A stretch of 64,000 nt of DNA, taken from positions 111,602,001 to 111,666,000 of the forward strand of contig NC_086097.1 of the NCBI RefSeq assembly GCF_963921235.1, read 5' to 3'. Both the position numbers and the translations under genes were made by a program. The notes beneath the pieces are model-generated. The model was given only the letters and a program-made list of their open reading frames with translations, made no database searches and was not told the DNA's origin. The DNA comes from Mobula hypostoma. Its lineage: Eukaryota. This document shows, in pieces, positions 13,056 through 26,646 of this stretch (its first letter is position 1; each line of letters opens with the position of its first letter).

Positions 13056-16000
13056 GTACATGATCGCTGCATCTTTATTTATCTTTGTTTTATAAGATAA
13101 TTGCTTTCACATTGCACCTTTTTAATATGATATCCCTCGTTCCAAGCATGTGCTTGTGTCTATCCAACTGCTTCTTATATGCCTCTATTGTACCTGCAAC
13201 CACTATTCCTTGGCAGACATTTTCAAACACTTAACCGCTCTCTGTATATAAAAAAAAATGCCCTAAACAACACCTTTAATCTTTCCCCTATCACCTTAAA
13301 TAGATATCCTCCAGTAGCTGGCATTTCTACACTGGGATAAAGATTCTACCTACCCAATCTATTACCTCTTTAATCTTGTAAACTTCATTCAGGTCTCTCT
13401 TTGCCCTCTGGTACTTCAGAAAAAAACAACTTGTTTGTCCAGCCTCTCTTTATAACTTATAAATTCCAATTCAGGCAGCATCCCTGGAAACCTTTTCTGC
13501 ACCCCTTCTAAAGCCTCCCTATCCTTTCCGTAATTGGATGACCAGAAGTGCAGACAAACCGAAGTTTTATTTAGCTACTATCATGGTAGTGCCCTAACCA
13601 ATGAAGGAAAGCATGCCATATGCCTTCTTTCAGCATGCCATTTACCTTTAACCTTTAAGTTGATGGGGGGAAGTGGAAATCTCTTGCAACTATAATACAG
13701 TTTCTCTTTCATCTCTTTCTAATATGCTATCTATCTGTTCTTCTACATTCTGCTAACTGGTTGGAGGCCTGTCGTAATATCCTGGCAAAATTGCTCAAAT
13801 TTCGTTTCTAAACTCGACCTGTATCTGAAGAACCTTCTCAGACACCTTTCTTCATTACTGCAGTGATGGACTCTTTGATTAGTAATGTAATGCCCTTCTC
13901 TCTTCTACATAACCCCACCTCCACCATGTGTCAAACTTCTATACTCTAGGTGGTTGAATTGCCAGTCCTACCTTGCTTTCCTAACTCAAAGATAGCAACG
14001 AAATGTTATTCGCATGTGCAGCTTAATACTCATCTATCTCACATGTCAGGCTTAGTGTTTTAAAATGGATTGCATTTAGTTTTCCAGTCCTCCCATGTTC
14101 CTAATCTTGCCCATGTCTGCTAGGCTTTCTGGACTAACCTTGCTTTTGTTTTCTTCTACACGTGTAACTGAATCTCATCCCCAGCTGTGTGTCTTCCCCC
14201 CGATTAAATGGTTTAAAAACTCCCCAACAGCTGGTGCATGCCTTTTTGCTTGGATTTTAGCTACATTCCAGTTCAGGCACTTGTACAGCTCCCACCAACC
14301 CCAGACCATGGTAGAGCACTGGGGAGACCATTCAACCCATAATCTTGTGCTGACCATGATGCCAATATATATACTAAATATTCTCCTTGTCATCTGTATC
14401 AACAGTCTGGATGATAATGTAAACCAGATAAGCAAACTTGCAGCTGCCACCAAAATAGGAGGCATAGTGAGTGGACAACTGCAAAATAGGGTGTAGAATG
14501 GCAAATGGAATTTAATGAGGGTGAGGTGTTACATTGAGGTGGGACTTAGTGATCAGAAGGGCACTGAGGAGTGTGGTAGTTCTGAAGGATCTGGGAATGC
14601 GGGCCCATAATTCCTTGGAGGTGGCATCACAGGTAGATAGGGTCATTTGGCTTAGGAATTGGGATGTTATGTTGATGTATGAGGCATTGGTGAGGCTTAA
14701 TTTAGATGGAATATTGTGTGCAGTTCTAGTCACCAACCTACAGGAAAGATATCAATATAATTGGTAGGGTAGAAGAAAAAAATTACAAGGGTGTTGCAGG
14801 GACTTAAGGACCTGAGTTATAGGGGAAGGTTAAATATATTAGGACTTCATTTCCTGGAGTGTAGGAGGGTGAAGGGAGATTTGATAGACATATATTAAAT
14901 AATGAGAAGGATAGATAGGGTAAATGCAAGCAGGCTTTTTCCACTGAGGCTGGGTGAGTCCAGAACTCGATGTCATGGGTTAAGGGTAAAAGGTGAAATA
15001 TTTAAGGAGAACATAAGGGAGAATTTCTTCACTCAGAGTGATAAGAGTGTGAAACAAACTGCCAACAGAATTGGTGGATGTGTGTTGATTGCAATATTTA
15101 AGAGAAGTTTGGATTGGTACATGCATAGGAAGGTGCAGGTTGATGTGACTAGGCAGAACAATAGTTTGGTATGGACTATATGAGCCTCAGGTTGTTTCTG
15201 TGCTGTCATACTCCGTCTGTATCATCCATATCCGCTATTCCCTACAAGTTCATGTGTCGATCTAAAAGGCTATTAAACTTCACTGAACTCTCTGCTTCCA
15301 TTACTGCACCTGGCACCTACTACAGTATGCATAAAAAGCTTGCCCCTCAAATTGCCTTTAATCTTCCCCCATCCAATCTTAAAAGCATGTCTTCTCATGT
15401 TTCACATGTCTACCTTGGTTAAAAGATCATAACTCTCGCCTCTCATAATTTTAAAAACCTCTTATCAGCTCTCTCCTCAACCTTTGATGCTCTGGAGAGA
15501 ACAACCCTAGTTGGCCAACCTTTCCTTTCAGCTCATAGCCTCTAATCTGGGCAGCACTGTGTTGGGACGACTAAGACAGCAAGTGTAGTGTGACTGAAGT
15601 TTTATGTAGCTTCAGGATAACTTCCTTACTTTAATACTGTACACTCCTAACAATGATGACAAGCATGCCATGCACCCTCTTTATCACCTTATGTAGCCCC
15701 ATTCAGTGAACTGTGGTTCAATGTTCCCTCTGTAGCTCAATGCAATTAAAGAGCCTACCATTATTTGTATGCTTTCTCCTTTCATTTGACCTCCCAAATG
15801 AAAGGAAATTTTAATTTAGCAGCTCAAATGAAAGGAGAAATTTATCCAGGTTAAACTCCATCTGCCACTTCCCTGCCCATATCTGTAACTGACCCCACTG
15901 TATTCTTTGATGTCCTTTATGCTGTCGTCCACAAATTTGCAAATCTGCCTGTCTACTTTTCATTCAGCTTTTGATATATATCATAAACAACAGTTTAGAT

Positions 16001-16294
16001 AATTACATATATTGAAGGTTGAAATAGATTTGACAGATTGAGGGTTTGAGAATTATGAGGAAATGACAGAGAGTTGAGGCCAGCATTAATTATCTATGTT
16101 TATATCAATGGTGGGGCAGGCTTGAAAAGCCTAGTTGTTCTCTCCAGCTTCTACTTTCTTGTATCTTGTTCTCCTTAGTAAACCGGAGAAGTATTAATTT
16201 AAGGCTCTCAGCTATACAGGCACTGTTTGCTATTTTGGTTCGTAATAAGACCTATTCATGGCTTAGGTAGTCTTGTGCCTTTAATATACGTACA

Positions 16295-18022
16295 AAATAG
16301 AACATAAAAATCTACAGCACATTACAGATCCTTTGGCCCCCAATGTTGTGCCAACTATGTAACCTACTCTAGAAACTGTCTAGAATATCCCTACCGTATA
16401 GCCCTCTATTTTTCTAAGCTCCATGTACCAATCTAGGACCCACCACTTTGTGTAAAGAAAAAAAACAACTTACCTCTGACTTCCCCCTTGTACCTACTTC
16501 CAAGCTCCTTAAAACTATGCCCCTCGCATTAGCCATTTCAGTCTTAGGAAAAAGCCGCTGGCCATTCACACGATCAGTGCCTCTCATCATTTGATGCACC
16601 TTTATCAGGTCACCTGTCATCATCCATCGCTCCAAGGAGAAAAGGCCAAGTTCTCTCCAATCCAGGCAACATCCTTGTAAATCTCCTCTACACTCTCTAC
16701 AGTATCTACATCCCTTCTGTAGTGAGGTGACCAGAATTGAACACAGTACTCCAAGTGTGGTCTAACTAAGGTCTTACATAGCTGTAACATTACCTCACGG
16801 CTCTTGAACTCAATCCCACGGTTGATGAAGTCCATCACACCATATGTCTTCATAACAACACTGGCAAACTGCGCAGCAGCTTTGAATGTCCTCAAGACAC
16901 AGACCCCAGATTTCATTGATCCTCCACACTGCTGAGTCTTACCATTAATATAATATTCTGTCTTTAAATTTGACCTACTGAAATGAACCACCTCACACTT
17001 ATCTGTGGGTTGAACTCTATCTGCCACTTCTCAGCCCAGTTTTGCATCCTATCAATGTCCCGCTGTAACCTCTAACAACCCTCCAGACTATCCAAAACAC
17101 CTCCAACTTTTGTGTCATCAGTAAACTTACTAACCCACCATTCTACTTCCTCATCCAGGTCATTCATAAAAATCACAGCGGGGAAGGGTCCTAGTATAGA
17201 TTCTTGAGGAACACCACTGGTCACCGTCCTCCCTCACTTCCCACGGTAGCCTGGGGTATATCTTGTCCGGTCCCAGCGACTTACTTAACTTAGTACCTTT
17301 CAGAAGCTCCAGCCCACCCTCTTTCTTAATGTCTAAACGCTCAGCATTTCCGTCCACTCTTAAGTCATCCCCACAGTTGCCAAGGTCCTTTTCACCGGTG
17401 AAAACTGAAGCAAAGTATTCATTAAGTACCTCCGCATCTCCTCTGACTCCATGCACGTTTCCATTATCCCTCCTGATTGGTCCTATTCTCGCACGGTTCA
17501 TCCTCTTGCTCTTCACATACTTGTAGAATGCCTTGGGGTTTTCCTTAATCCTGCTTGCCAATGGCCCCTTCTAGCTCTCCTAATTTCATTCTTGAGCTCC
17601 TTCCTGGCACCCTTGTAATTTTCTAGAGCTCCAACAGTACCTAGTTTCTTGAACCTTTTGTAGCTTTTCTTTACTTCTTAACTAGATTTTCTACATCCTT
17701 TGTACACCATGGTTCTTTTACCCTACCATCCTTTTCCTGCCTCAATGGAACATACCTATGCAGAACTCCATGTAAGTAATCAGAAAACTAAAATCACCCA
17801 TCACAGCAACCCTATTATTATTGCACCGTTCCAGAATCTGCCTCCCTATCTGCTCCTCGGTTACTGTTGGAGGGTCTGTAAAAAAAAAAAAAACACCCAG
17901 TAGAGTTATTGCCCCCTTCCTGTTTCTGACATCCACCCACAGTGACTCAGTAGACAATCCCTCCATGACTTCCTCTTTTTCTGCAGCCACGATACTATCC
18001 CTGATTAACAATGCCACTCCCC
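16295..18022 (-). mobile_element. CR1 LINE (HER1-like), internally deleted
   Basis: Minus-strand ORFs for endonuclease (GGVALLIRDSI..VMGDF), tether (IKENPKAFYKYVKSKR) and RT C-terminus (LVRPHLEYCVQFWSPH). Confidence 0.88.
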
Positions 18023-18446
18023 CAAGTATCCAAAACACTTTGCATTTTCCTCAATCTTGTCATTCAGTAGTATTTTACACCCTCTCTTTGCCTCCTCATC
18101 TTTATAAATCATTGTTGCTGAAAAGATTTCTGGAAGTGTTTTTCATACGATGTTTTGCAAGATTTTCACTACATTGAGACACGAGACTGCAGATGTTAGA
18201 ATGTGAGCAGCACACGAACTTTGGAGGTACAGCAGGTCAGGCAGCATTTATGGAGGGAAATCGACTGCTGATGTTGCAAACCATGACTCTTCATCTGGAG
18301 CCAACATTGATTTCAGCTAATTACAGATGTACGCCACCTCAAGATATCTTGAGAATAGGCAGCATATGCTGGCCTTACTAACAGCACTATCCTTGTTAAA
18401 TTGAAACTAAAAGCAGCAGCAACAATTTATTATTACAATTTAATGT

Positions 18447-19979
18447 CCAAGAAATAGTGGATGCATTAGTGATAATTTTTCAAAACTCATTAGATTCTGG
18501 ACTAGTTCCTGAGGATTGGAGGGTGGCTAATGTACTCCACTTTTTAAAAAAGGAGGGAGAGAGAAACCGGGGAATTATAGACCGGTTAGCCTAACGTCGG
18601 TGGTGGGGAAACTGCGGGAGCCAGTTATCAAAGATGTGATAACAGCACATTTGGAAAGCGGTGAAATCATCGGACAAAGTCAGCATGGATTTGTGAAAGG
18701 AAAATCATGTCTGACGAATCGCATAGAATTTTTTGAGGATGTAACTAGTAGAGTGGATAGGGGAGAACCAGTGGATGCGGTATATTTGGATTTTCAAAAG
18801 GCTTTTGACAAGGTCCCACACAGGAGATTAGTGTGCAAACTTAAAGCACACGGTATTGGGGGTAAGGTATTGATGTGGATAGAGAATTGGTTGGCAGACA
18901 GGAAGCAAAGAGTGAGAATAAACGGGACCTTTTCAGAATGGCAGGCAGTGACTAGTGGGGTACCGCAAGGCTCAGTGCTGGGACCCCAGTTGTTTACAAT
19001 ATATATTAATGACTTGGATGAGGGAATTAAATGCAGCATCTCCAAGTTTGCGGATGACACGAAGCTAGGTGGCAGTGTTAGCTGTGAGGAGGATGCTAAG
19101 AGGATGCAGGGTGACCTGGATAGGTTGGGTGAGTGGGCAAATTCATGGCAGATGCAATTTAATGTGCATAAATGTGAAGTTATCCACTTTGGTGGCAAGA
19201 ACAGGAAAACAGATTATTATCTGAATGGTGGCCGATTAGGAAAAGGGGAGGTGCAACGAGACCTGGGTGTCATTATACACCAGTCATCGAAAGTGGGCAT
19301 GCAGGTACAGCAGGTGGTGAAAAAGGCGAATGGTATGCTGGCATTTATAGCAAGAGGATTTGAGTACAGGAGCAGGGAGGTACTACTGCAGTTGTACAAG
19401 GCCTTGGTGAGACCACACCTGGAGTATTGTGTGCAGTTTTGGTCCCCTAATCTGAGGAAAGACATCCTTGCCATAGAGGGAGTACAAAGAAGGTTCACCA
19501 GATTGATTCCTGGGATAGCAGGACTTTCATATGAAGAAGGACTGGATGAACTGGGCTTGTACTCATTGGAATTTAGAAGATTGAGGGGGGATCTGATTGA
19601 AACGTATAAAATCCTAAAGGGATTGGACAGGCTAGATGCAGGAAGATTGTTCCCGATGTTGGGGAAGTCCAGAACGAGGGGTCACAGTTTGAGGATAAAG
19701 GGGAAGCCTTTTAGGACTGAGATTAGGAAAAACTTCTTCACACAGAGAGTGGTGAATCTGTGGAATTCTCTGCCACAGGAAACAGTTGAGGCCAGTTCAT
19801 TGGCTATATTTAAGAGGGAGTTAGATATGGCCCTTGTGGCTACGGGGATCAGGGGGTATGGAGGGAAGGCTGGTGCAGGGTTCTGAGTTGGATGATCAGC
19901 CATGATCATAATAAATGGCGGTGCAGGCTCGAAGGGCCGACTGGGCTACTCCTGCACCTATTTTCTATGTTTTCTATGT
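18447..19979 (+). mobile_element. Young 5'-truncated CR1 LINE with uninterrupted 428-aa RT/C-terminal ORF
   Basis: ORF 18600-19886 contains YLDFQKAFDKVPH, GVPQGSVLGP and KFADDTKL. Tail (ttctatgt)n. Confidence 0.95.
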
Positions 19980-20001
19980 TATTTTCCTGTTTCTTTTTCA
20001 G

Positions 20002-20147
20002 GTGGGAGAAGCAGCTACCATGTACAGAAGAGCTCAGTGCTACAGACAATCTGCAAGGTGTTTTGAACAACTGTGCCAGTTTGAAATGGCTCTCAAAATG
20101 CTCTGTTGTGGTGAATTGTATGAAGAAGCCGTACAGGCTGTGTTGAG
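20002..20147 (+). CDS. TRANK1: TRANK1 coding exon (146 bp), TPR-like helical repeats
   Basis: Acceptor tttctttttcag, donor ag|gtaatg. Encodes VGEAATMYRRAQCYRQSARCFEQLCQFEMALKMLCCGELYEEAVQAVL(R); phase 0 to 2. Confidence 0.92.
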
Positions 20148-22405
20148 GTAATGTTCAGACATTTACAGTCTGTATTTATTGTGGTAGACATTTGAAAGCT
20201 TTGCCGTGGGAACCGTACTTTATACCACCTGTTATAAATGTTCTTTCTTTCTTGTTTTATAGTTCTTTGCATGCTATTTATTCCAGTGTGTGTTGTGACT
20301 TGATTGAACAGTTACTCACATATATTATACATTCTTTAGGTAGATCCATCCCTTAGAACTGTTTTCAGTTGAAATAAACAGACTACCTTGTAACTGAAGC
20401 ACAGCTGGCTTATCATAGAGTTTATACAACAAGGAGGCAGGCCTTTCAGCTCAACTGGTCCATGTCAACCAAGCTGTCTACCTGAGCTAATCCCATTTGC
20501 CTTTATTTGCTATTGGTATTTATATTAATTTGTTTTTGCCACATGCACTCAGATACAGTGTAAACCTTGTTTTGCATGCCATCCGTCATGATATAAAGGT
20601 AGTCAAAAGAAAACAGAATTCACATATAGTGCTGTGGAGAAGTTGTAGTTCAGGTTGACGAATAAGAGTACAAGGGCTATGACAACACAGAATGGGTGAT
20701 TAAGACTTCAAGAGTTTATCTTTTAATGTATGAGAGGTCCATCCAAGAGTCTAATAACATTGAGATAAAACTGCCTTTGAGTCTGGTGGTTTGTACTCTC
20801 AGGCTTTTGTATCTTCTCCCAGACAGGCGAGGGAAAAAAGAGGGTGACTGGGATGGGAAGGATGCTTAATTATCTCAGCTGCTTTCCCAAGGCAGTGGGA
20901 AGTAAGATAGAGTCATAGAAGGGAAGAAGGCTTGCAGAATGGACTGGGCTGTATTCATCACTTTTTGCAGTTTCTCACTGTCTTGGGCAGCGCAAGCTGT
21001 GATGCATCTGGATGGGATGCTTTCTATGGTGCAGAAATTGGTCAAAGTTATCACTGCCATATCAAATTTCCATAGCCTTCTGATGAAGTATAGGCTTTCT
21101 TGGCCACAACCTTCATGTGGCTGAACCAGGACAAATTGTTGGTTGTACTTGCGTATATCTTGGAAGTTCTCAACCATCTCCACGGCACAATTGATACAGC
21201 CAGGGCCATGTACTTCACCCCACTTGCTGAAGTCAATGACCGGCTCCTTCACTGTTGAGGGAAAGGTTGTTGTCTTGACGTCATGTCCCAGTCCTGCAGT
21301 CTGTCTTGTTGTTAGAGATCCAGTCCACTACAGTGGTATCATCCACAAGCTTATAAATGAAGTTGCACCAGAATTTGGCAACACAGTCATGAGTAAATAG
21401 GAAATATCGTAAGGGGCTGAAGACATAGCCTTACGGAACACTGGTGCTAAGGCTAATCATGGAGAAGATACCTCTACTGATTGTGGTCTGTTGCTCAGGA
21501 AACCAAGGATCCAGTTGCAGAGGGAGTCCTGGGTTTTGGAGTTTGGTTGGGATTATGATATTGAAGATGGAGTCTATCTCATAGTGGTCATGTCTAAATG
21601 TCTTTAAATTTTGTAATTGTGGTCTCACTAGTTACCTGTGCAGTTGTAATAAAAAGATCAGCACCTGCAGCAATGAATGCAATTGTGTTCAATGTCATCT
21701 TCTCCACACTTCCTACAAGTGGCTTATACTGTCTGAACGTAAAAAAGACATTTATGAGAAACAAAAACACATTTGGTTGGCACCCGAGCGCATCGCCATA
21801 TTACAGGCAGCTCACCCTGCTCTGCTTGGGCACTGGTTTTATTGTTGCCCTTTTGAAGCGGATGGGAGCCTCTGACTGCAGCAGTGAGAGATTCAAAGAT
21901 GTCCTTCAGCACGCCCGCTAGTTGGTTGGCACAGGTCTTCAGTGCCCTACCAGGTACACCATTAGGGCCTGACGCCTGGAGAGGGTTCACGCTCTTGAAA
22001 GATATTCTGGCAGCAGCCTTTGAGACAGAGATTACTGGGTTACCAGATACTGCAGGGATTTGCACAGGTGTAGTTTTATTCTCCCTTTCAAAGCATGTAT
22101 AAAAGACTTTGAGCTCACCTGGGAGTGAAGCGTTGTAGCCATTTTTGATCTTGGGTTTCACTTTGTAGGAAGTAATGGCCTGCAAACCCTGCCAAAGGGA
22201 ACGTGCATGTGATTCCATCTCTAATTTCAATCAGGATTGTGTTTTCACTCTTAAAGTAGCCTTCTGTATGTTGTATCTATACTTCTTGGAGAGTTCTGGA
22301 TCATCGGTCTTGAATGCTACAGATCTAGCCCTCAGCAGACTATGAATCTTCTGGTTCATCCACAGATTTTAGTCTGGTATGTTCTCGAAGGCTCATACTT
22401 ATCTA

Positions 22406-22553
22406 AATACAAAATAAACTGCAGATGCTGGGGTCAAAGCAACACTCACAACACGCTGGAGGAACTCAGCAGGTCAGGCAGCATCGGTGGAAACGATGAG
22501 TCGACGTTTCAGGCTGGAACCCTTCATCAGGACTGTAGAGGGAAGGGAACTTA
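22406..22553 (-). mobile_element. 148-bp Penelope-derived terminal-repeat insertion with 13-bp TSD
   Basis: TSD tcatacttatcta at 22393-22405 and 22554-22566. Sequence is the reverse complement of a Penelope 3' end similar to 53270-53414. Confidence 0.8.
22499..22534 (-). ncRNA. Minimal type I hammerhead ribozyme motif (Penelope-associated)
   Basis: Reverse complement agtc-CTGATGA-agg gttccag cct-GAAA-c-GTC-gact: intact core, stem I agtc/gact, stem II agg/cct, palindromic ACGT stem III. Confidence 0.75.
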
Positions 22554-24165
22554 TCATACTTATCTATGTAGGTCTTGATGAAGTCGGTGACAACAGTGGC
22601 ATATTCATTCATATTAGAAGATGCATCTCTTGACTATTGTCCAGTACACCCACTCAAATCAGTACTGTAAGAGCTCATCCACCTCCTTTGACCATATGTT
22701 CTTGGTCCTCAGCACTGGAGCTGCAGTCTGTAGTCTCTGCTTATAAGCCAGAAGTAGAAGTACGTGAGGTGATTGGACTTTCCAACGTGTGTGGCCTAAT
22801 AAGTGCCCTGCCTTTGTGAAGAATGGTGAAGCACTGCATCCGAAATGGTGAAGGTTAGCCACGTTTCCATGAAGCAAAGTGAAGCATCAGTCCCTGATGT
22901 CCTCTGGTACTGCAATCTTGCTCTAACCTCTGGTACTGCATTGCTCTAAGGTCTTTAATTTTATTTTCCAGTGACCATATATTTTCCCGCAGGATAGCCG
23001 GGAGTGGGAGTGAGTCGGGGCGGGGGGTGGAATGTCTAAAGCCTCTACATTTTATTCGTACCAGTATACTGGTGCACCTCTCTCCTTCCATTTTCTTAAA
23101 AGGTGACTGCATTCACAACGCATGTCTACCGATTTTTGAGTATGGATAGATGTTTTTAAAAGCCCTGAAATGATGTTGCCTCCTGAAGTAGCCACAATAA
23201 TATTACTCATAATGGATTACAATACAAGCCAGTGAGCCCCAGATCAGTGGTAGGGAAGCTGTGATAAGGGTGTAGATGGATAGGATTTATGCACATTTGC
23301 AAATGTATGCCCTGTTTGGGGACAGTAAGCATGATTTTATGTGGGGCAGATTGTGGCTAGCAAACCTGATTGAGTTTATTGAGGGGTGACAAAGGTGCAT
23401 GATGACACTAAGGCAGTGGACATTATCAACATGGACTTTAAGTAAGGCCCTCCAGGGTTGATTCAGTGGATAAAGATGCATGGATTTCAGGATGAATTGC
23501 AAGTTTGGATTCAGAACTGGCTTGCCGGATGAAGATGGAGAATAGGGTCGGAAAGCTGGTATTTTGGCTGGAGGGCCATGACCAGTGGTTTTTCATAAGG
23601 ATCAGAGCTGGGACTCTGTTGTTTGTGATATATATCAACAATCTGGGTGTAAATATAGTTGGGTGGATTATCAAGTTTGCTGATGACACCAAGATTGGTG
23701 GAGTTGTGGACAGCATAAAGAACTGTCATAGAATACAGCAGGATATAGATCAGTTACAGATGCAGGAGGAGTTTCATCCAGACAGGTGTGAGGTTCTGCA
23801 CCTTGGAAGATCAAATCAAAGAAGAAAGTATACAGTTAATGGTAGTCCATTCACAAACAAGAGAAAATCTGACTGTACTCGAAAATCCAAAACATTGACT
23901 GTGCTCTTGCATAGATGCTGCCTGGCCTGCTGAGTTCTTCTAGCATTTTGAGTGTGTTGCAGTTAATGGTAGGCCACTTATCAGCATTGGAGTCCAGGTT
24001 CCGAAGTTCACTGAATAAGGAAGTAAAGAAGACGTATGACATGCTTGCATTCGTTGGTAGGAATGTTGAGTAGAAGAGTAAGGAAGTCATGCTGCAGTTA
24101 TATAAAATACAGTCAGACCACACTTAGAGAATCTAATGCAGTTCTGGTTGTTCCAGTATAGGCTG

Positions 24166-24850
24166 TGTTATGAATCAGCAGCAATAGAGATGAATTTGAG
24201 TCAAGTTCTTATAAAATAAACGACATTTAACCTCTACTCAAATTAACATGGAACAGTAAACGAACGATTAACTTGAATGGATGTTAACAGCATTATGCTT
24301 CTATAGTTATCAAACGATCGAACTTAAAAGAAAATTCTCAACAGATCTCATTTAAGCACAGTCTTAAGGTGGTAGTTTAATAAGTCCATATGATTTATGA
24401 AATAACTGAGAGGAGAGATTTCCCGAACCTTGCGATGAAGAAAAGTGGAAACTGCAGACACCAGCTCCAGCTGAGAAATACCCTTTTCGAAGTTATGACA
24501 TGGAGTACAAGTTCTCAAAGCAACTGTTCTTTCTGACGGAAGTGGTCATCGCACAACCCAAACCGTGTCAGGGTTAACAAAAAGTGCGTGCCACGTACGG
24601 ACGGTTCCAGATGTCAGTCACACCCGTAATGCGCCGAATGCCACTGGTTAACCCCAATTCCTCTGGGGTTCGTTCGGATTCTTCACTCTCATTCACTCTT
24701 CTTCTCCGATGGCGTAACTACCACCGATGAGTTCCTACCAAAATGAACTACGCAACAAATGCAGCCTCCCCTTATATACCAGTTAACACGTGACATCACA
24801 TCACAAGACAATTACATCATATTCACGAGATACTCACGGGACAGGTAACA
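24166..24850 (-). mobile_element. Solo LTR (685 bp) inserted in an old CR1
   Basis: Termini TGTTA...TAACA (5-bp inverted repeat); flanks gctg/gatg (4-bp TSD with one mismatch); minus-strand TATA ggtatataaggg at about 24771-24782. The CR1 sequence resumes across it. Confidence 0.72.
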
Positions 24851-25867
24851 GATGGATGTGGAGAGTGCAGAATAGGTGTACCATGATGCTGCCTGCATTA
24901 GAGGTTATGAGCCATACGGACAGGTTGAGTAAATTTAAGATTTTCCTCTAGAACATTGGAGGTTGAAGGATGACCTGATAAAGGTTTCTAAAATTATAAG
25001 AGGATAGAGGGGAAGGCAGGATTTTTTCTCTAGGTAGTTATTTCAAAAACCAGAGGGTATGCTTTTAACGTTAGAGGGAAAGAAGTTGAAAGGTGATGTG
25101 AGAGACAATTTTTTTTACGCAGAGAATGGAATGGTAACTGAGGAATGGGTTACCATTGGTAGTAATGAAAGCAGGCAATTTCTCAGGGTTTAAGAGGCTT
25201 TTAAGGAGATGCATGAATATGAAGAAAATGGGAGAGGGGGTGCATTTTTGAAATACTGGAGGAAGATTTTTAATATAAACTTGCACTCATGGAAGGTTTT
25301 AACTTCTCTGATATTGACTGGGCCACACAAAGACTGTTAAGGGCCTGCCTAAGATGAAATTTGTAAATGTGTCCAGGAGCTTTTCCTGAGTCAATATTTA
25401 TGTAGGGACAAACTTAGGAGCGTACAATATTGGGGTCTCCTGTTGGGGAATGAGGCAGGGCAAGTAACTAAAGTGATCGTCAAGGAACAATTTGCCAACC
25501 ATAATTCTATTAGTTAAGATACTGATGAAAAAGGATGGTACAGGTCCGCATGGTTTACTTTGGGGGAATTAGACAGGATCCTAGCAGAGGTTGATTAGGT
25601 AAAATTATTTGATTGGAGGGACATTGGAGAGAGTTGGTCCCCTTGGCGAATCAGCTTTGTCCTGAGGCACAGGAGATGACTGGGGTTTTTAATGAGTTTC
25701 TCTTTGGTGTTTACTAATATGCTCAAGGGATAATTAGATTAGATTATGAAGACACGCAGTCCTCCTTTATTGTCATTTAGTAATGCATGCATTAATGGAA
25801 GCAAGTGTAATGTTTTGGAGCATATTCATGTTACCAAATAGGAGGCATTTGCAGTCTTACAGAGCAT

Positions 25868-26646
25868 GAGCAGGAAAACAGATTATTATCTGAATGGTGG
25901 CCGATTAGGAAAAGGGGAGGTGCAACGAGACCTGGGTGTCATTATACACCAGTCATTGAAAGTGGGCATGCAGGTACAGCAGGCGGTGAAAAAGGCGAAT
26001 GGTATGCTGGCATTCATAGCAAGAGGATTCAAGTACAGGAGCAGGGAGGTACTACTGCAGTTGTACAAGGCCTTGGTGAGACCACACCTGGAGTATTGTG
26101 TGCAGTTTTGGTCCCCTAATCTGAGGAAAGACATTCGTTCCATAGAGGGAGTACAAAGAAGGTTCACCAGATTGATTCCTGGGATGGCAGGACTTTCATA
26201 TGAAGAAAGACTGGATGAACTGGGCTTATACTCATTGGAATTTAGAAGATTGAGGGGGGATCTTATTGAAACGTATAAAACCCTAAAGGGATTGGACAGG
26301 CTAGATGCAGGAAGATTGTTCCCGATGTTGGGGAAGTCCAGAACGAGGGGTCACAGTTTGAGGATAAAGGGGAAGCCTTTTAGGACCGAGATTAGGAAAA
26401 ACTTCTTCACACAGAGAGTGGTGAATCTGTGGAATTCTCTGCCACAGGAAACAGTTGAGGCCAGTTCATTGGCTATATTTAAGAGGGAGTTAGATATGGC
26501 CCTTGTGGCTAAAGGGATCAGGGGGTATGGAGGGAAGGCTGGTACAGGGTTCTGAGTTGGATGATCAGCCATGATCATACTGAATGGTGTGCAGGCTCAA
26601 AGGGCCGAATGGCCTACTCCTGCACCTATTTTCTATGTTTCTATGA
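25868..26646 (+). mobile_element. Young CR1 3' copy, same subfamily as 18447-19979
   Basis: The 229-aa ORF is nearly identical to the C-terminal part of the 428-aa ORF. It interrupts an older CR1 whose sequence gcatga|aggtggataaatctcc rejoins. Confidence 0.93.

Larger units (their letters stand above)
20520..23060 (-). mobile_element. Degenerate Rex1/Babar-type LINE pieces
   Basis: Minus-strand peptides LWQGLQAITSYK..ASGPNGVPGRALKTCANQLAGV and LTNFCTIESI..CIT..LQKVMNTAQSI. Confidence 0.7.
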
